Shown in pieces: positions 45,400-58,700 of a DNA stretch of 64,000 bases. The stretch's first letter is position 1, and each line of letters begins with the position of its first letter. Origin of the DNA: the human T2T-CHM13v2.0 reference genome, Homo sapiens; NCBI RefSeq assembly GCF_009914755.1, contig NC_060933.1, one strand, 5' to 3'. Made by a program: the position numbers and the translations under genes. The notes under the pieces are model-generated. The model had not been told where the DNA came from. It made no database searches and worked only from the letters and a program-made list of their open reading frames with translations.

Positions 45400-48300
45400 T
45401 CCATTCCATTCCATTCCATTCCATTCCATTCCATTCCATGCCATTCCACTCGGGTTGATTCCATTGCTTTCCATTCCATTTGGGTTGAATCCATTCCATT
45501 CCGTTCCATTCCATTCCATTACATTCGGATTGATTGTATTCAATTCCCTTACACTCCATTTCATTCCATTCCATTCGAGTTGTTTCCATACCATTCCATT
45601 CCATTCTATTCCATTTCGTTCCATTCCATTCTATTCGGTACCATTCCATTCCATTCCATTCCATTCCATTCCATGCCATTCCAGTTGGGTTGATTCCCTT
45701 CCTTTCCATTCCATTCGAGTTGAATCCATTCCATTCCATTCCATTCCATTCCATTCCATTCTATTCCTTTCCATTCCATTGCACACGGGTTGATTCCATT
45801 CCATTCCTTTCTGTTCCATTCCGGATGACTCTATTCCATTGCATTCCATTCCATTCCATTCCCCTGCCCTCGGGTTCATTACATTCCATTCCATTTACTT
45901 CCATTCCATTGCATTCCATTCAATTCCATTATATTCGGGTTAATTCCATTCCATTCCATTCCATTCCATTCCATTCCATTCCATTCCATTCCATTCCATT
46001 GCATTCAATTGCAATCGACTTGATTCCATTCCATTCCATTCAATTCCGGATGATTCCATTCCATTGCCTTCAATTCCATTCCATTCCCCTGCACTCGGGT
46101 TGATTCCATTCCATTCCATTCCATTCCATTCCATTTCATTCCATTCCATTTCGTTCCATTCCATTCTTTTGCGTTCCATTCCATTCCATTCCATTCCATT
46201 CCATTCCATTCCATTCCTTTCCATTCTATTCGGGTTAATTCCATTCCATTCCATTCCATTCCATTCCGTTCCATTCAATTCCATTACATTCGGATTGATT
46301 CTTTCTTATTCCCTTACACTCCATTACATTCTATTCCATTCGGGTAGTTTCCATACCATTCCATTCCATTCCACTGCATTCTATTGCACTCGGGTTGATT
46401 GATTCCATTCCATTGCATTCCATTCCATTCCATTCCTTTCCGGATGATTCCATTCCATTGCATTCCATTGCATTCCATTCCCCTGTACTCGGGTTGATCC
46501 CATTCCATTGCATTCCATTCCATTCCATTCCATTCCGTTCCGTTCCATTCCATTCCCTTCCATTCTCTTCAGGTTAATTCCATTCCATTCCATTCCCTTC
46601 CATTCCATTCCATTCCATTCCATTCCATTCCATTCCATGCCATTCCACTCGGGTTGATTCCATTCCTTTCCATTCCATTCGAGTTGAACCCATTCCATTC
46701 CATTCCATTCCATTGCATTCCACTCGGGTTGATTCCATTCCTTTCCATTCCATTCGGGTTGAAACCATTCCATTCCATACCATTCCTTTCGATTCCATTC
46801 CATTTCACTCAGGTTGATCCCATTCCATTGCATTCCATTCCATTCCATTGCATTCCATTCCGTTCCATTCCATTCCATTACATTCGTATTGATTCTATTC
46901 AATTCCCTTACCCTCCATTACATTCCATTCCTTTCGGGTTGTTTCCATTCCATTCCATTCCATTCCACTCCATTCCATTTCAATCGGGTGATTCCATTAC
47001 ATTCCATTGCATTCCATTCCATTCCATTCCAATCCGTATAATTCCATTCCATTGCATTCCATTCCATTCCATTCCCTTGCACTCGGGTGGATTCCATTCT
47101 ATTCCATTCCATTCCATTCCATTCCATTCCATTCCATTCTATTCGGGTTAATTTCATTCCATTCCATTCCATTCCCTTCCATTGCATTCCATTCCATTCC
47201 ATTCCATTCCATTGAAATCGAGTTGATTCCATTCCATTCCATTCCATTCCATTCTATTCGGGTTAATTCCATTCCATTCCATTCCATTCCATTTCCTTCC
47301 ATTCCATTCTATTCCATTCCATTCCATTCCATTCCTTTCTATTTGGGTTAATTCCATTCCATTCCATTCCATTCTATTCCATCCCATTCCATTCCATTCC
47401 ATTGCAATCGAGTTGATTCCATTCCATTCCATTCCATTCCATTCCATTCCACTCAATTCCATTGAACTCGGGTTAATTCCATTCCATTCCATTCCATTCC
47501 ATTCCCTTCCATTCCATTCTATTCCATCCCATTCCATTCCAATCCATTCTATTAGGGTTAATTCCATTCCATTCCATTCCATTCCATTCCATTCCATCCC
47601 ATTCCATTCCATTCCATTGCAATCGAGTTGATTCCATTCCATTCCATTCCATTCCATTCCATTCAATTCCATTGAACTCGGGTTGATTCCATTCCATTCC
47701 ATGCCATTCCATTTCATTCCATTCCATTCCATTCCATTCCATTCCTTTCCGTTCCATTCCATTACATTCGGATTGATTATATTCAATTCCCTTACACTCA
47801 TTACATTCTATTCCATTCGTGTTGTTTCCATTCTATTCCATTCCATTCCACTCCATTCCATTGCACTCTGGTTGATTCCATTCCATTCCCTTCCATTCCG
47901 TATGACTCCATTCCATTTCATTCCATTCCATTGCATTCCCCTGCACTGGAGTTGATTACATTCCATTCCATTCCCTTCCTTTCCGTTCCATTCCATTCTG
48001 TTCGGGTTAATTCCATTCCATTCCATTACATTAAATTCCCTTCCATTCCATTCCATTCCATTCCATTCCATTCCATTGCAATCGACTTGATTCCATTCCA
48101 TTCCATTCCATTCCATTCCATTCCATTCCGGATGATTCCATTCCATTGCCTTCCATTCCATTCCATTACCATGCACTCTGGTTCTTTCCATTCCATTCCA
48201 TTCCATTCCATTGCATTCCATTTCGTTCCATTCGATTCTATTCCGTACCATTCAATTCCATTCCATTCCATGCCATTCCATTCCATTCCAGTCCATGCCA

Positions 48301-48800
48301 TTCCACTCGGGTTGATTTCATTCCTTTCCATTCCATTCGAGTTGTATCCTTTCCATTCCATTCCATTCCATTCGATTCCATTCCATTGCACACGGGTTCA
48401 TTCCATTCCATTCCATTCCATTCCATTCCATTCCATTCCATTCCATTTCGTTCCATTCCATTCTATTCCGTACCATTCCATTCCATTCCATTCCATTCCA
48501 GTCCATTCCATGCCATTCCACTCGGGTTGATTCCATTCCTTTCCATTCCATTTGGGTTGAATCCATTCCATTCCATTCCATTCCATTCGATTCCATTACA
48601 TTACACTTGGGTTGATTCCATTCCATTCCATTCCATTCCACTTCATTCCATTCCATGCCATTCCATTCCATTCCATTCCATTCCATTCCATACCATTCCA
48701 TTCCATTCCATTCCATGCCATTCCACTCGGGTTGATTCCATTACTTTCCATTCCTTTCGAGTTGAACCCATTCCATTCCATTCCATTCCATTCCATTCCA
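45400..48800 (+). repeat. Diverged direct paralog of ~7650-11000 (offset ~37.7-37.9 kb)
   Basis: Shared GGTACC (7931/45637), cctttctgttccattccggatgact (~8100/~45826), tttacttcc (~8188/~45894), attaccatgcactc (~10341/~48165), cgagttgtatcctttcc (~10519/~48338). Confidence 0.8.
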
Positions 48801-49439
48801 TTCCATTGCACACGGGTTCATTCCATTCCATTCCATTCCATTCCATTCCATTCCACTCCATTCCATGCCATTCCACTCGTGTTTATTCCATTCCTTTCCA
48901 TTCCATTTGGGTTGAATCCATTCCATTCCGTTCCATTCCATTCCATTCCATTCCATTCCATGCCATTGCACTCGGGTTGATTCCATTCCTTTCCATTCCA
49001 TTCGAATTGAACCCATTCCGTTCCATTCCATTCCATTCCATTCCATTCCATTCCATTCCATTCCATTCCATTCCATTGCTCACGGGTTCATTCCATTCCA
49101 TTCCATTCCATTCCATTTCGTTCCATTCCATTCTACTCCGTACCATTCCATTCCATTCAATTCCCTTCCATGCCATTTCACTCTGGTTTATTCCATTCCT
49201 TTCCATTCCATTCGGGTTGAATCCATTCCATTCCATTCCATTCCATTCCATTCCATTCCATTGCGCTCGGGTTGATTCCATTCCATTCTATGCCATTCCA
49301 TTTCATTCCATTCCATTCCATTCCATTCCATTCCATTCCATTCCTTTCCTTTCAATTCCATTCCATTACATTCGGATTGATTCTTTTTAATTCCTATACA
49401 CTCCATTACATTCCATTCCATTCGGGTAATTTCCATTCC

Positions 49440-52400
49440 ATTCCATTCCATTCCACTGCATTCTATTGCACTCGCGTTGATTGATTCCATTCCATTGCAT
49501 TCCATTCCATTCCATTCCATTCCATTCCATTCCATTCCATTCTGTTCAGGTTAATTCCATTCCATTCCATTCCCTTCCATTCCATTCCATTCCATTCGAT
49601 CCCATTGCAATCGAGGTGATTCCATTGCATTCCATTCCATTGCATTCCATTGCATTCCATTCCATTCCATTCCCCTGCACTCAGATTGATTCCATTCCAT
49701 TCCTTTCCATTCCATTCCGTTCCATTCCTTTCCATTCCATTCTATTTGCGTTAATTCCGTTCCATTCCATTCCATTACATTCCTTTGCAATCGAGTTGAT
49801 TCCATTCCATTCCGTTCCATTCCATTCCATTCCATTCCATTCCATGCCATTCCACTCGGGTTGATTCCATTCCTTTCCATTCCATTCGAGTTGAATCCAT
49901 TCCATTCCATTCCATTCCATTCGATTCCTTTCCATTGCTCACGTGTTCATTCCATTCCATTCCATTCCATTCCATTCCATTTCGTTCCATTCCATTCTCT
50001 TCCGTAGTATTCCATTCCATTCCATTCCACTCCATTCCATGCCATTCCACTCGGGTTTATTCCATTCCTTTCCATTCCATTCGGGTTGAATTCATTCCAT
50101 TCCATTCCATTCCATTCCATTCAATTCCATTACATTGCACTCGGGTTGATTCCATTCCATTCCATTCCATTTCAATCCATTCCCTTCCATTCCATTTCAT
50201 TCCATTCCATTCCATTCCATTCCATTCCATTCCATTCCTTTCCATTCCATTCCATGCCATTCCACTCGGGTTGATTCCATTCCTTTCCATTCCATTCTAG
50301 TTGAACCCATTCCATTCCATTCCATTCCATTCCATTCCATTCCATTGCACACGGGTTCATTCCATTCCATTCCATTCCATTCCATTCCATTCCATTCCAT
50401 TTCGTTCCATTCCATTCTATTCTTTACCATTCCATTCCATTCCATTCCCTTCCATGCCATTTCACTCGGGTTTATTCCATTCCTTTCCATTCCGTTCGGG
50501 TTGAATCCATTCCATTCCATTCCATTCCATTCCATTCCATTGAACTCGGGTTGATTCCATTCCATTCCATGCCATTCCATTTCATTCCATTCCATTCCAT
50601 TCCATTCCATTCCATTCCGTTCCCTTCCATTCCATTACATTCGGATTGATTCTTTTTAATTCCCTTACACTCGATTACATTCCTTTCCATTCGGGTACTT
50701 TCCATTCCATTCCATTCCATTCCACTGCATTCTATTGCACTCGGGTTGATTGATTCCATTCCATTGCATTCCATTCCATTCCATTCCCCTGCACTCGGGT
50801 TGATCCCATTCCATTGCATTCCATTCCATTCCATTCCATTCCATTCCGTTCCATTCCATTCCATTCCATTCTCTTAAGCTTAATTCCATTCAATTCCATT
50901 CCCTTCCTTTCTGTTCCATTCCATTCCATTCCATTCTGTTCAGGTTAATTCCATTCCATTCCATTCCCTTCCATTCCATTCCATTCCATTCCATCCCATT
51001 GCAATCTAGTTGATTCCATTGCATTCCATTCCATTCCATTCCATTCCATTGCATTCCATTCCATTCCATTCCCCTGCACTCAGATTGATTCCATTCTATC
51101 CCATTCCATTCCATTCCGTTCCATTACATTCCATTCCATTCTATTCACGTTAATTCCATTCCATTCCATTCCATTACATTCCATTGCAATCGAGTTGATT
51201 CCATTCCATTCCGTTCCATTCCATTCCATTCCATTCCATTTCATTCCATTCCATTCTATTCTGCACCATTCCATTCCATTCCATTCCTTTCCATTCCATG
51301 CCATTCCACTCGGGTTGATTCCATTGCTTTCCATTCCATTTGGGTTGAATCCAATCCATTCCATTCCATTCCATTCCATTCCATTCCATTCCATTCCGTT
51401 CCATTCCATTCCATTGCACTAGGTTTGATTCCATTCCACTGCATTCCATTCCATTCCATTCCGTTCCATTCCATTCCATTACATTCGGATTCATTGTATT
51501 CAATTCCCTTACACTCCATTATATTCCATTCCATTCGGGTTGTTTCCATTCCATTACATTCCATTCCACTCCATTCCATTGCACTCAGGTTGATTCCATT
51601 CCATTCCATTCCATTCCATTCCATTTCGTTCCATTCCATTCTATTCTGTACCATTCCTTTCCATTCCATTCCATTCCATTCCATGCGATTCCACTCAGGT
51701 TTATTCCGTTCCTTTCCATTCCATTCGGGTTGAATCCATTCCATTCCATTCCATTCCATTCCATTCCATTCCATTCCTTTGCACTCGGGTGGATTCCATT
51801 CCATTCCCTGCCATTCCATTTCATTCCATTCCATTCCATTCCATTCCATTCCATTCCACTGCATTCTATTGCACTCGGGTTGATTGATTCCATTCCATTG
51901 TATTCCATTCCATTCCATTCCATTCCATTCCATTCCATTCTGTTCAGGTTAATTCCATTCCATTCCATTCCCTTCCATTCCATTCCATTCCATTCCATCC
52001 CATTGCAATCGAGGTGATTCCATTGCATTCCATTCCATTCCATTCCATTGCATTCCATTCCATTGCATTCCCCTGCACTCAGATTGATTCCATTCCATTC
52101 CTTTCCATTCCATTCCGTTCCATTCCTTTCCATTCCATTCTAATTACGTTAATTCCGTTCCATTCCATTCCATTACATTCCTTTGCAATCGAGTTGATTG
52201 CATTCCATTCCGTTCCATTCCATTCCATTCCATTCCATTCCATTCCATGCCATTCCTCTCGGGTTGATTCCATTCCTTTGTATTCCATTCGAGTTGAATC
52301 CATTCCATTCCATTCTATTCCATTCGATTCCATTCCATTGCTCACGTGTTCATTCCATTCTATTCCATTCCATTCCATTCCATTCCATTCCATTTCGTTC

Positions 52401-52737
52401 CATTCCATTCTCTTCCGTAGTATTCCATTCCATTCCATTCCACTCCATTCCATGCCATTCCACTCGGGTTTATTCCATTCCTTTCCATTCCATTCGGGTT
52501 GAATTCATTCCATTCCATTCCATTCCATTCAATTCCATTACATTGCACTCGGGTTGATTCCATTCCATTCCATTCCATTTCAATCCATTCCCTTCCATTC
52601 CATTTCATTCCATTCCATTCCATTCCATTCCATTCCATTCCATGCCATTCCACTCGGGTTGATTCCATTCCTTTCCATTCCATTCTAGTTGAACCCATTC
52701 CATTCCATTCCATTACATTCCATTCCATTGCACACGG
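49440..52737 (+). repeat. Direct repeat of ~0.9 kb at ~2.39 kb offset (49440-50355 vs 51850-52737); the second copy is truncated by the inversion
   Basis: gcaatcgaggtgattcc (~49607/~52005), cctttgcaatcgag (~49782/~52180), gctcacgtgttc (~49937/~52340), tcttccgtagtattcc (~49997/~52411), ctagttgaacc (~50297/~52685). Confidence 0.85.
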
Positions 52738-52751
52738 AATGGAATGGAATG
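52716..52751. other. Inversion (strand-switch) breakpoint within HSat3
   Basis: ...cattccattccattgcacac|gg|aatggaatggaatgg... The left module normally continues TGCACACGG-GTTCATTCC (intact at ~1197-1210 and ~50347-50360) but is cut after CACACGG. GG at 52736-52737 can belong to either side. Confidence 0.95.
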
Positions 52752-55700
52752 GAAACAACCCGAATGGAATGGAATGTAATGGAGTGTAAGGGAATTGAAT
52801 ACAATCAATCCGAATGTAATGGAATGGAATGGAACGGAATGGAATGGAATGGAATGGAATGGAATGGAATGGAAGGGAATGGATTCAACCCGAATGGAAT
52901 GGAAAGGAATGGAATAAACCCGAGTGGAATGGCATGGAATGGAGTGGTATGGAATGGAATGGAATGGAATGGAATGGAATGGAATGGAATAGAATTAACC
53001 CTAATAGAATGGAATGGAATGGAATGGAATGGAATGGAATGGAATGGAAGGGAATGGAATGGAATGGAATGGAATGGAATTAACACGAATAGAATGGAAT
53101 GGAATGGAATGGAATGGAATGGAATGGAATCAACTCGATTTCAATGGAATGGAATGGAATGGAATGGAATGGAATGGAAGGGAATGGAATGAAATTAACT
53201 CGAATAGAATGGAATGGAATGGAATGGAATGGACTGGAATGGAATGGAATGGAATAGAATGGAATCCAACCGAGGGCAGTGGAATAGAATGGAATGCAAT
53301 GCAATGGAATGGAATCATACGGAATGGAATGGAATGGAATGGAATGAAATGGAATGGAATGCAATGGAATGGAATGGAATTAACCCGATTGCAATGGAAT
53401 GGAGTGGAATGGAATGGAATGGAATGGAAACAACCCGAATGGAATGGAATGTCATAGAGAGTAAGGGAATTGAATAGAATCAATACGAATGTAATGGAAT
53501 GGAATGGAACGGAATGGAATGCAATGGAATGGAATGGAATGCAATGGAATGGGATCAACCCGAGTGAAATGGAATGGAATCGAAAGGAATGGAATGGAAT
53601 GGAATGGTTTCAACCCGAATGGAATGGAAAGGAATGGAAGCAGCCCGAGTGGAATGGAATGGAATGGAATGGAATGGAATGGAATGGAATGGAATGGGTT
53701 CAACTCGAATGGAATGGAAAAGAATGGAATCAACCCGAGTGGAATGGCATGGAATGGAATGGAATGGAATGGAATGGTAGGGAATAGAATGGAATGGAAC
53801 GAAATGGAATGGAATGGAATGGAATGGAATGGAATGGAATGGAATCAACCTGAGTGCAATGGAATGGAGTGGAAGGGAATGTAATGGAACGGAAACAACA
53901 CGAATGGAATGGAATGTAATGGAGTGTAAGGGAATTGAATACAATCAATCCGAATGTAATGGAATGGAATGGAACGGAATGGAATGGAATGCAATGGAAT
54001 GGAATGGAATGGAATGGAATGGAATGGAATGAAATGGAATGGCAGGGAATGGAATGGAATCAACCCGAGTGCAATGGAATGGAATGGAATGGAATGGAAT
54101 GGAATGGAATGGAATGGATTCAACCCGAATGGAATGGAAAGGAATGGAATAAACCCGAGTGGAATGGCATGGAATGGAATGGAATGGAATGGAATGGTAC
54201 GGAATAGAATGGAATGGAACGAAATGGAATGGAATGGAATGGAATGGAATGGAATGGAATGGAATCAACCTGAGTGCAATGGAATGGAATGGAATGGAAT
54301 GGAATGGAATGGAAACAACCCGAATGGAATGGAATGTAATGGAGTGTAAGGAATTTAATACAATCAATCCGAATGTAATGGAATGGAATGGAACGGAATG
54401 GAATGGAATGGAATGCAGTGGAATGGAATCAAACCTAGTGCAATGGAATGGAATGGAATGGAATGGAATGGAATGGATTGGATTCAACCCAAATGGAATG
54501 GAAAGCAATAGAATCAACCCGAGTGGAATGGCATGGAATGGAATGGAATGGAATGGAATGGAATGGAATGGTACGGAATAGAATGGAATGGAACGAAATG
54601 GAATGGAATGGAATGGAATGGAACGGAATGGAATGGAATCAACTCGATTGCAATGGAATGTAATGGAATGGAATGGAATTAACGCGAATAGAATGGAATG
54701 GAATGGAATGGAACGGAATGGAATGGAATGGGATGGAATGGAATCAATCTGAGTGCAGGGGAATGGAATGGAATGGAATGCAATGGAATGGAATGTAATG
54801 GAATGGAATGGAATGCAATGGAATGGAATGGAATGGAATGGAATGCAATGGAATCAACTCGATTGCAATGGGATGGAATGGAATGGAATGGAATGGAATG
54901 GAAGGGAATGGAATGGAATGGAATTAACCTGAACAGAATGGAATGGAATGGAATGGAACGGAATGGAATGGAATGGAATGGAATGGAATCAACCCGATTG
55001 CAATGGAATGGAGTGGAATGGAATGGAATGGAATGGAAACAACCCGAATGGAATGGAATGTAATGGAGTGTAGGGGAATTGAATAGAATCAATACGAATG
55101 TAATGGAATGGAATGGAACGGAATGGAATGCAATGGAATGGAATGCAATGCAATGGAATGGGATCAACCCGAGTGTAATGGAATGGAATCGAAAGGAATG
55201 GAATGGAATGGAATGGTTTCAACACGAATGGAATGGAAAGGAATGGAATCATCCCGAGTGGAATGGAATGGAATGGAATGGAATGGAATGGAATGGAATG
55301 GAATGGAATGAACCCGTGTGCAATGGAATGGAATCGAATGGAATGGAATGGAATGGAATGGATTCAAGTCGAATGGAATGGAAAGGAATGGAATCAACCC
55401 GAATGGAATGGCATGGAATGGAATGGAATGAAATGGAATGGAATGGAATGGAATGGTACGGAATAGAACGGAAAGAAACGAAATGGAATGGAATGGAATG
55501 GAATGGAAAGGAATCTAATGGAATCAACCCAAGTGCAGGGGAATGGAATGGAATGGAAGGCAATGGAATGCAATCATCCGGAATTGAATGGAATGGAATG
55601 GAATGGAATGGAATCAACTCGATTGCAATGGAATGTAATGGAATGGAATGGAAGGGAATTAACCCTAATAGAATGGAATGGAATGGAATGGAATGGAAGG

Positions 55701-58700
55701 GAATGGAATGGAATGGAATGGAATGGAATGGAATTAACCGGAATAGAATGCAATGGAATGGAATGGAATGGAATGGAATGGAATGGAATGAAATGGAATC
55801 AACTCGATTTCAATGGAATGGAATGGAATGCAATGGAATGGAATGGAATGGAATGGAATGAAATTAACCCGAATAGAATGGAATGGAATGGAATGGAATG
55901 GAATGGAATGGAATGGAATAGAGTGGAATGGAATGGAATGGAATAGAATGGAATCCACCCGAGTGCAGGGGAATGGAATGGAATGGAATGCAATGGAATG
56001 GAATCATACGGAATGGAATGGAATGGAATGGAATGGAATCAACCCGATTGCAATGGAATGGAGTGGAATGGAATGGAATGGAATGGAAACAACCCGAATG
56101 GAATGGAATGGAATGGAGTGTAAGGGAAGTGAATAGAATCAATACGAATGTAATGGAATGGAATGGAACGGAATGGAATGCAATGGAATGGAATGGAATC
56201 CAATGGAATGGGTTCAACCCGAGTGCAATGGAATGGAATCGAAAGTAATGGAATGGAATGGAATGGATTCAACACGAATGGAATGGAAAGGAATGGAATC
56301 AACCCGAGTGGAATGGAATTTAATGGAATGGAATGGAATGGAATGCAGTGAAATGGAATCTAACCTAGTGCAATGGAATGGAATGGAATGGAATGGAATG
56401 GAATGGATTAGATTCAACCCAAATGGAATGGAAAGCAATGGAATCAACCCGAGTGGAATGGCATGGAATGGAATGGAATGGAATGGAATGGAATGGAATG
56501 GAATGGAAAGGTACGGAATAGAATGGAATGGAACGAAATGGAATGGAATGGAATGGAATGGAATGGAATGGAATGGAATGGAATAGAATGGAATCCACCC
56601 GATTGCAGGGGAATGGAATGGAATGGAATGCAATGGAATGGAATGGAATGGATTCAACCCGAATGGAATGGAAAGGAAAGGAATAAACCCGAGTGAAATG
56701 GCATGGAAGGGAATGGAATGGAATGCAATGGTACGGAGTAGAATGGAATGGAACGAAATGGAATGGAATGGAATGGAATGGAATGGAATTGGATGGAATG
56801 AACCCGTGAGCAATGGAATGGAATGGAATGGAATGGAATGGAATGGAATGGAATGGAATGGAATGGGTTCAACTCGAACGGAATGGAAAGGAATGGAATC
56901 AACCCGAGTGGAATGGCATGGAATGGAATGGAATGGAATGGAATGGAATGGAATGGAATGGAATGGAATGGATTCAACCCGAATGGAATGGATTCAACCC
57001 GAATGGAATGGAAAGGAATGGAATAAACCCGAGTGGAATGGCATGGAATGGAGTGGAATGGAATGGAATGGAAGGGAATGGTACGGAATAGAATGGAATG
57101 GAACGAAATGGAATGGAATGGAATGGAATGGAATGGAATGGAATGGAATGAACACGTGTGCAATTGAATGGAATCGAATGGAATGGAATGCAATGGAATG
57201 GATTCAACTAGAATGGAATGGAAAGGAATGGAATCAACCCGAGTGGAATGGCATGGCATGGAATGGAATGGAATGGAATGGAAAGGTACGGAATAGAATG
57301 GAATGGAACGAAATGGAATGGAATGGAATGGAATGAATGGAATGGAATGGAATAGAATGGAATCCACCCGATTGCAGGGGAATGGAATGGAATGGAATGC
57401 AATGGAATGGAATGGAATGGATTCAACCCGAATGGAATGGAAAGGAATGGAATCAACCCGAGTGGAATGGCATGGAATGGAATGGAATGGAATGGAATGG
57501 TACGGAATAGAATGGAATGGAACGAAATGGAATGGAATGGAATGGAATGGAATGGAATGGAATGGAATGGAATCAACCTGAGTGCAATGGAATGGAGTGG
57601 AATGGAATGTAATGGAATGGAAACAACCCGAATGGAATGGAATGTAATGGAGTGTAAGGGAATTGAATACAATCAATCCGAATGTAATGGAATGGAATGG
57701 AACGGAATGGAATGGAATGGAATGGAATGGAATGGAATGGAATGGAATGAAATGGAATGGCAGGGAATGGAATGGAATCAACCCGAGTGCAAAGGAATGG
57801 AATGGAATGGAATAGAATGGAATGGAATGGAATGGATTCAACCCGAATGGAATGGAAAGGAATGTAATAAACCTGAGTGGAATGGCACGGAATGGAATGG
57901 AATGAAATGGAATGGAATGCAATGGAATGGAATGGAATTAACCCGATTGCAATGGAATGGAGTGGAATGGAATGGAATGGAATGGAAACAACCCGAATGG
58001 AATGGAATGTAATAGAGAGTAAGGGAATTGAATAGAATCAATACGAATGTAATGGAATGGAATGGAACGGAATGGAATGCAATGGAATGGAATGGAATGC
58101 AATGGAATGGGATCAACCCGAGTGAAATGGAATGGAATCGAAAGGAATGGAATGGAATGGAATGGTTTCAACCCGAATGGAATGGAAAGGAATGGAAGCA
58201 ACCCGAGTGGAATGGAATGGAATGGAATGGAATGGAATGGAATGGAATGGAATGGGTTCAACTCGAATGGAATGGAAAAGAATGGAATCAACCCGAGTGG
58301 AATGGCATGGAATGGAATGGAATGGAATGGAATGGTAGGGAATAGAATGGAATGGAACGAAATGGAATGGAATGGAATGGAATGGAATGGAATGGAATGG
58401 AATCAACCTGAGTGCAATGGAATGGAGTGGAAGGGAATGTAATGGAACGGAAACAACACGAATGGAATGGAATGTAATGGAGTGTAAGGGAATTGAATAC
58501 AATCAATCCGAATGTAATGGAATGGAATGGAACGGAATGGAATGGAATGCAATGGAATGGAATGGAATGGAATGGAATGGAATGGAATGAAATGGAATGG
58601 CAGGGAATGGAATGGAATCAACCCGAGTGCAATGGAATGGAATGGAATGGAATGGAATGGAATGGAATGGAATGGATTCAACCCGAATGGAATGGAAAGG

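Larger units (their letters stand above)
1..52735 (+). repeat. Satellite III (HSat3) array, C-rich (CATTC)n strand on +
   Basis: Continuous CATTC/ATTCC pentamers with frequent ACTCGGGTTG/ATTCGGGTTG decamers (e.g. 599-608, 39-48), AATCGAGTTG and CGGATGATTC modules. This is the classical satellite 3 signature. The CATTCGATTC/GATGATTC-dominated pattern of HSat2 is not the main unit. Confidence 0.97.

Noticed and set aside
52716-52751. Heat-shock element formed by TTC meeting GAA at the junction
   Set aside because: The last TTC (52723-52725) and first GAA (52737-52739) are 11 bp apart, not the 2 bp needed for TTCnnGAA.
52700-52780. Transposon insertion or target-site duplication at the inversion junction
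   Set aside because: Every base on both sides is explained by satellite modules. There is no poly-A, Alu/L1 sequence or TSD.
52360-53192. ORFs crossing the junction (52360-52758 -, 52499-52789 +, 52689-53192 +) that switch from IPFHS-type to MEWNG-type peptide
   Set aside because: These simply reflect the strand switch. There is no evidence of coding function.
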